A stretch of DNA of 64,000 nucleotides from an uncultured Gemmatimonadales bacterium. GTDB lineage: Bacteria > Gemmatimonadota > Gemmatimonadetes > Gemmatimonadales > Gemmatimonadaceae. Positions 60,424 to 64,000 of the stretch are shown here, piece after piece; position 1 is the first letter of the stretch, and each line of letters opens with the position of its first letter. Location: the NCBI GenBank assembly GCA_963793305.1, contig CAWBZV010000003.1, forward strand, positions 704,001-768,000, read 5' to 3'. The position numbers and the translations under genes were made by a program. The notes beneath the pieces are model-generated. The model was not told the origin of the DNA and searched no databases. It saw nothing but the letters and a program-made list of their open reading frames with translations.

Positions 60424-62309
60424 GGCCATTTCTAGTTGGGCGAGCTGCCTCGATCAGAATAGCTTCGATTGTTGACCGCGCAACACGCGATCTTGAAGCT
60501 GCACGGTTGCCGGTGGCCCAGTTGCATCAGCCGCACGACCTGCCCATCGCGGCCATTGTGACTCTTGACAGCAAGGGTATCGCACCGGTGGCCCGTTCGG
60601 GACGGCATGTAGTTATCGGCGAGGCCCGTCTCCACAACCAACGTGAACTAGCTGATCTGATCAACCCATGCGAGCCCCCATGCAGCGATCTCTCAATTGT
60701 TGCGAGAGGTATCGCAACAGGTAGTTGTGATGTGCTTCAGCGCCTGATTGGTGACTTCGCATTCATAGCTTGGAATCGTGAAGCGCGAACGTTATTAGCA
60801 GCACGTGACGCCCTCGGCATTTTCCCGCTCTATTGGCTCGCCGTTGATCGTAGCGTAATCTTCTGCTCGCGTGTACGTCCGATCGTGGACGATCAACGGC
60901 TGAGTGGTGAATACATTGCTGACTTCTTGGCCGCGGGCTGTGGAGTTGCCGGCTATACGAGCCATGAGTCAATCGTAGAGGTTCCCCCCGGAGGGTACGT
61001 ATCGGTCGATGCGGATGGTCGGGTAGCTGTCGGCCGGTATTGGCGCGCCGAGGCATTTACGCGTCGTGCCAAAAGCGACCCTGACGGCGAGGCGGCGGAG
61101 TTTCGAGCCCTGCTTCAGACAGCCGTCAGTAGCCGCCTTACCTCGGATGGGCGAACATGGTCTCACCTGTCGGGCGGGCTCGACTCTTCATCAATAGTCT
61201 GTGTGGCAGAGTCGCTCGCGGCGGACGGCATGGCACCAGTCGGCCTCGGCGGCACGGTGACATTTGTCGATACACTAGCGAGCGCCGATGAGCGAGAGTT
61301 CTCTGATCTTGTTGTAGAGAAATGGCAGGTACGTAACGAGCAAATCGTTGACTATTGGATGTGGCAATGGGACGAGGTCGGTCCTCCAGATTTTGATCAA
61401 CCTCACTTGTTCTACCCATTTTACGCACGTGAACGTCGCATGATGAAGGTGGTCGGCGACAACGGCGGGGTGGCACTGTTATCTGGTCACGGATCTGACC
61501 ACTACCTCACAGGGTCGCCACTACTGTTGGCTGATTTGCTTGCACATGGTCGCATTGGTCAGCTGTTGCATCAGGCGACGTCGTGGGCGGTTGCGAATCG
61601 TAGTTCGTTCTGGAAGTACCTATACCGTCGTGCTATGCTGCCGAACTTCCCGTCCGATCTTCGAGCCCGCTTCTTACCGCGCAGTGGCCGGCCGCCAGAC
61701 TGGATTATGCCAAAGTTCGTGTCGCGACACGAGCTCAGTAATAGAACTGCGATGGCGGAAGAACTCGCCGGTCAGCGCGGAGAAAAGTTCAGCCATAGCG
61801 TTCTCTACTACCTGCGGCAAGTCGGCTCGCAGTTACCCCGAAGTTTCCTAGATGATGAGATCGAAGTCAGATATCCGTTTTTGGATCGCCGGCTCGTCGA
61901 GTTTTGCCTTACGCTCAAGCCTAGTGCGATAGCCCAACCGTTGTATAGCAAAGTCCCCCTCCGTCTCGCCATGCGAGGTGTTCTGCCGGAGCGGATCCGC
62001 ACTCGTGCGGGCAAGGGCACATTGGGCGCTCGATTTCGCTGGTCCCTCGACCGGGAGCGCGAGACAGTAACCGAGCTGGTAACTGATCCCATCCTAGCAG
62101 ACTATGGCGTGGTCGAGCCCATTGAGTTGGGACGGGCGCTGCGCCGAGTCCAGGAAGGGCGATCAACTCGCTATCACTGGTTGATACGATTTTTGGCGCT
62201 AGAGACCTGGCTCCGAGTACGGTCTGGTCGGTGGGCAGGTCGATCTGGACTGACCGATAATTTCGTTGTTGATACGCTGCACAAACATCAATTAGAGAGG
62301 ACAGTATGA
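60420..62309 (+). CDS. Lasso cyclase (asparagine synthetase-like)
   Basis: GDFAF, ARDALG, LSGGLDSSS, SGHGSD, YPFLDRRLVEF, LRLAMRGVLPE. Confidence 0.92.
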   Translation: MRPFLVGRAASIRIASIVDRATRDLEAARLPVAQLHQPHDLPIAAIVTLDSKGIAPVARSGRHVVIGEARLHNQRELADLINPCEPPCSDLSIVARGIATGSCDVLQRLIGDFAFIAWNREARTLLAARDALGIFPLYWLAVDRSVIFCSRVRPIVDDQRLSGEYIADFLAAGCGVAGYTSHESIVEVPPGGYVSVDADGRVAVGRYWRAEAFTRRAKSDPDGEAAEFRALLQTAVSSRLTSDGRTWSHLSGGLDSSSIVCVAESLAADGMAPVGLGGTVTFVDTLASADEREFSDLVVEKWQVRNEQIVDYWMWQWDEVGPPDFDQPHLFYPFYARERRMMKVVGDNGGVALLSGHGSDHYLTGSPLLLADLLAHGRIGQLLHQATSWAVANRSSFWKYLYRRAMLPNFPSDLRARFLPRSGRPPDWIMPKFVSRHELSNRTAMAEELAGQRGEKFSHSVLYYLRQVGSQLPRSFLDDEIEVRYPFLDRRLVEFCLTLKPSAIAQPLYSKVPLRLAMRGVLPERIRTRAGKGTLGARFRWSLDRERETVTELVTDPILADYGVVEPIELGRALRRVQEGRSTRYHWLIRFLALETWLRVRSGRWAGRSGLTDNFVVDTLHKHQLERTV

Positions 62310-62470
62310 ATACGTACTCCTACATTGCTCCGCGTTTGATCGATCGGGGCTCGGCAATTACTCGCACGTTAGGCTCCGGCGGTGATACGGCTGACGGCGG
62401 CCTGAATCACGTCAAGGCGAATTCAACCGTTGGCGCAACGACCTCGAGCGACTCAACCCCGGGGACATGA
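62306..62470 (+). CDS. Lasso precursor 1 (54 aa; not in ORF track)
   Basis: Leader MNTYSYIAPRLIDRGSAITRTL (YxxPxL, Thr at -2); core GSGGDTADGGLNHVKANSTVGATTSSDSTPGT; ATGA overlap with the cyclase. Confidence 0.9.
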   Translation: MNTYSYIAPRLIDRGSAITRTLGSGGDTADGGLNHVKANSTVGATTSSDSTPGT

Positions 62471-62551
62471 TCACGGTAAAGGGAGCCTGAGCGACACACT
62501 TTTCGATGGTGCCGACCAGACCGCTTACATCTCAGTCTCCCTCGCGGACCA

Positions 62552-62583
62552 TCGCAACGGTACGAAACAGCGTACCGTTGCGA
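62552..62583. repeat. Perfect 13-bp hairpin after precursor 1
   Basis: TCGCAACGGTACG-aaacag-CGTACCGTTGCGA. Confidence 0.8.
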
Positions 62584-62714
62584 CTATCCGATGTAACTCA
62601 GCTCAAGTCGCCGCTACGGCTTCGGAGTTCGTGCCAAGATTTAAGTAGTAAGGGTCCAACCTGACCGATAGTTTCGTTTTGAGACGTAGCGCACACTCAA
62701 TTAGAGAGGACAGT

Positions 62715-62882
62715 ATGAAAGCGGCTCACTCTTACGTAGGGCCCCGTCTAATCGATCGGGGTTCGGCTATTACTCGCACGTTGGGCGCGAACGGCGATAC
62801 GGTTGATGGCGGCCTGAATCACATTCGGTTGAACTCAACCGTTAACGCAACGACCTCGGACGACTCAACGTTTGGGACATGA
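62715..62882 (+). CDS. Lasso precursor 2 (55 aa)
   Basis: Leader MKAAHSYVGPRLIDRGSAITRTL; core GANGDTVDGGLNHIRLNSTVNATTSDDSTFGT; GAGAGG RBS. Confidence 0.9.
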   Translation: MKAAHSYVGPRLIDRGSAITRTLGANGDTVDGGLNHIRLNSTVNATTSDDSTFGT

Positions 62883-62948
62883 AGGGTAGGGGGAGCCTAA
62901 GCGACGCATTTCGATGGCGATTCCTGCTTACAACCTCCGCCTCCTCAC

Positions 62949-62994
62949 GGTTGTCGCAACGGTTACGCTACAAGCTCTTGCCGTTGCGATAACC
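62949..62994. repeat. Paralogous 14-bp hairpin after precursor 2
   Basis: GGTTGTCGCAACGG ... CCGTTGCGATAACC with one G:T pair. Confidence 0.75.
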
Positions 62995-63073
62995 AATGCA
63001 ACTCCGATCAAGATCGCAGGTACGGCCGCGACTATGGTCTTGCAGTCCGTGTCCAGAACCTGGTGAGGGTTCG

Positions 63074-63247
63074 ATGGGCTACGCTTATGTAAAACCTCGA
63101 TTAATTGATCGGGGCTATGCCGTTGCGCGAACGCAGGGCGCCGGTGGCGCAACGGTCGATCCTGTGATAACGCCCGGGCGGCAGGAGACTCATGGTGAAC
63201 TGTCAACGGCGGCCGACTCGACCGCAAGTGGCGACCTGCGTTGTTAA
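63074..63247 (+). CDS. Lasso precursor 3 (57 aa)
   Basis: Leader MGYAYVKPRLIDRGYAVARTQ; core GAGGATVDPVITPGRQETHGELSTAADSTASGDLRC; GAGG RBS. Confidence 0.85.
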   Translation: MGYAYVKPRLIDRGYAVARTQGAGGATVDPVITPGRQETHGELSTAADSTASGDLRC

Positions 63248-63829
63248 CCATCAATAACCCTAGTCAAGAGACACGTGATTTGATCGATTCCTCATTCAGC
63301 AAAACGCCGACTCCCTTGCTGTTATCTACGGCAACCCGTACGACCACCACTTCTACGCTGTGAGATCAGGCAGGGTGGTGACACTGTCGATCCCGGTGAA
63401 TCCGGGCGCAACTACGAATCCACTGCCGAAGTCTCCACATTGGTAGATTCAACGCGTGGTACCCAAGGGCGACTTACTGAAATCTGCCCCGTTTCTTGTG
63501 GTCCGGCGGCTAGCAAGTTCGATATCGTGATTTACCCGACAAAGTTGCGGGAATGAAAACCGCTGCCATCTATCAGTTGCTGTCGGCTCCTCGTCCATAC
63601 CCTGGGCGCATTTCGCTTATCGCGCTGCGTATGAAGGCTGGTCTTTCAGTTGCGTAGGCAATTGGATGGGCTTCGTGTGTGAAGGCTCTGCTGTCGGTGG
63701 CGCGCCCGCTAATCTCGCCATGCGACGAGGCGATGGGCCGTGTCAGCGGCGGAGATAATCGCGCACTTGCAGGACAGCGCTGAGCTGCGGGAACGTCGCT
63801 GAGCGGGTTTGTCGATGTTGGCCTCAAAG

Positions 63830-64000
63830 GAGTCGAGCTTCGTCGCGTGCACTGGGCACCCGCGCGGTGGCTCGGCAGAGACCGCGATCGAGTTGGCCAG
63901 TCTCGATCCAGTGTTAGGTCACGCCGCTCACCCCGAGCCGGTCCGCGATGACTGTCTTCGGTCCGCCTTATTCCAGCAGGTGCCTGAATGGCACGAGTCG
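63830..64000 (-). mobile_element. istA: Second decayed IS21 IstA N-terminal fragment
   Basis: Minus-strand translation FRHLLE*GGPKTVIADRLGVSGVT*HWIETGQLDR...TKLD with internal stops. Confidence 0.65.

Overview
High-GC bacterial DNA. The gene repertoire (Hanks kinases, TPR proteins, SusC/SusD, S9 peptidases) suggests Gemmatimonadota, but this is inference. Many long genes carry isolated frameshifts, most likely long-read assembly errors. Layout: (1) 0-17 kb, housekeeping and signalling genes; (2) 17-47 kb, a defence island with a TM0106 nuclease-helicase, a complete type I BREX (brxA-brxB-brxC-pglX-pglZ-brxL), a Dcm/Vsr pair, a sigma54-type activator, a coupled ATPase-HerA-unknown-HNH operon and an orphan McrB; (3) 50-64 kb, a lower-GC segment between two decayed IS21 copies, carrying SusC/SusD, an isopeptidase-like S9 peptidase, a Ser/Thr kinase and a lasso peptide cluster with three precursors. 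The most striking signal is non-coding, at 4.97-5.40 kb on the minus strand. A tRNA with a leucine-type body (long variable arm, A73, no G3:U70) has an alanine anticodon (CGC). It is followed by two small RNA genes, each with its own promoter and terminator. The first is an exact antisense of that tRNA's anticodon arm. The second is antisense to a variant with a different anticodon loop (AGG). This looks like a mistranslating-tRNA toxin with an array of antisense antitoxins.
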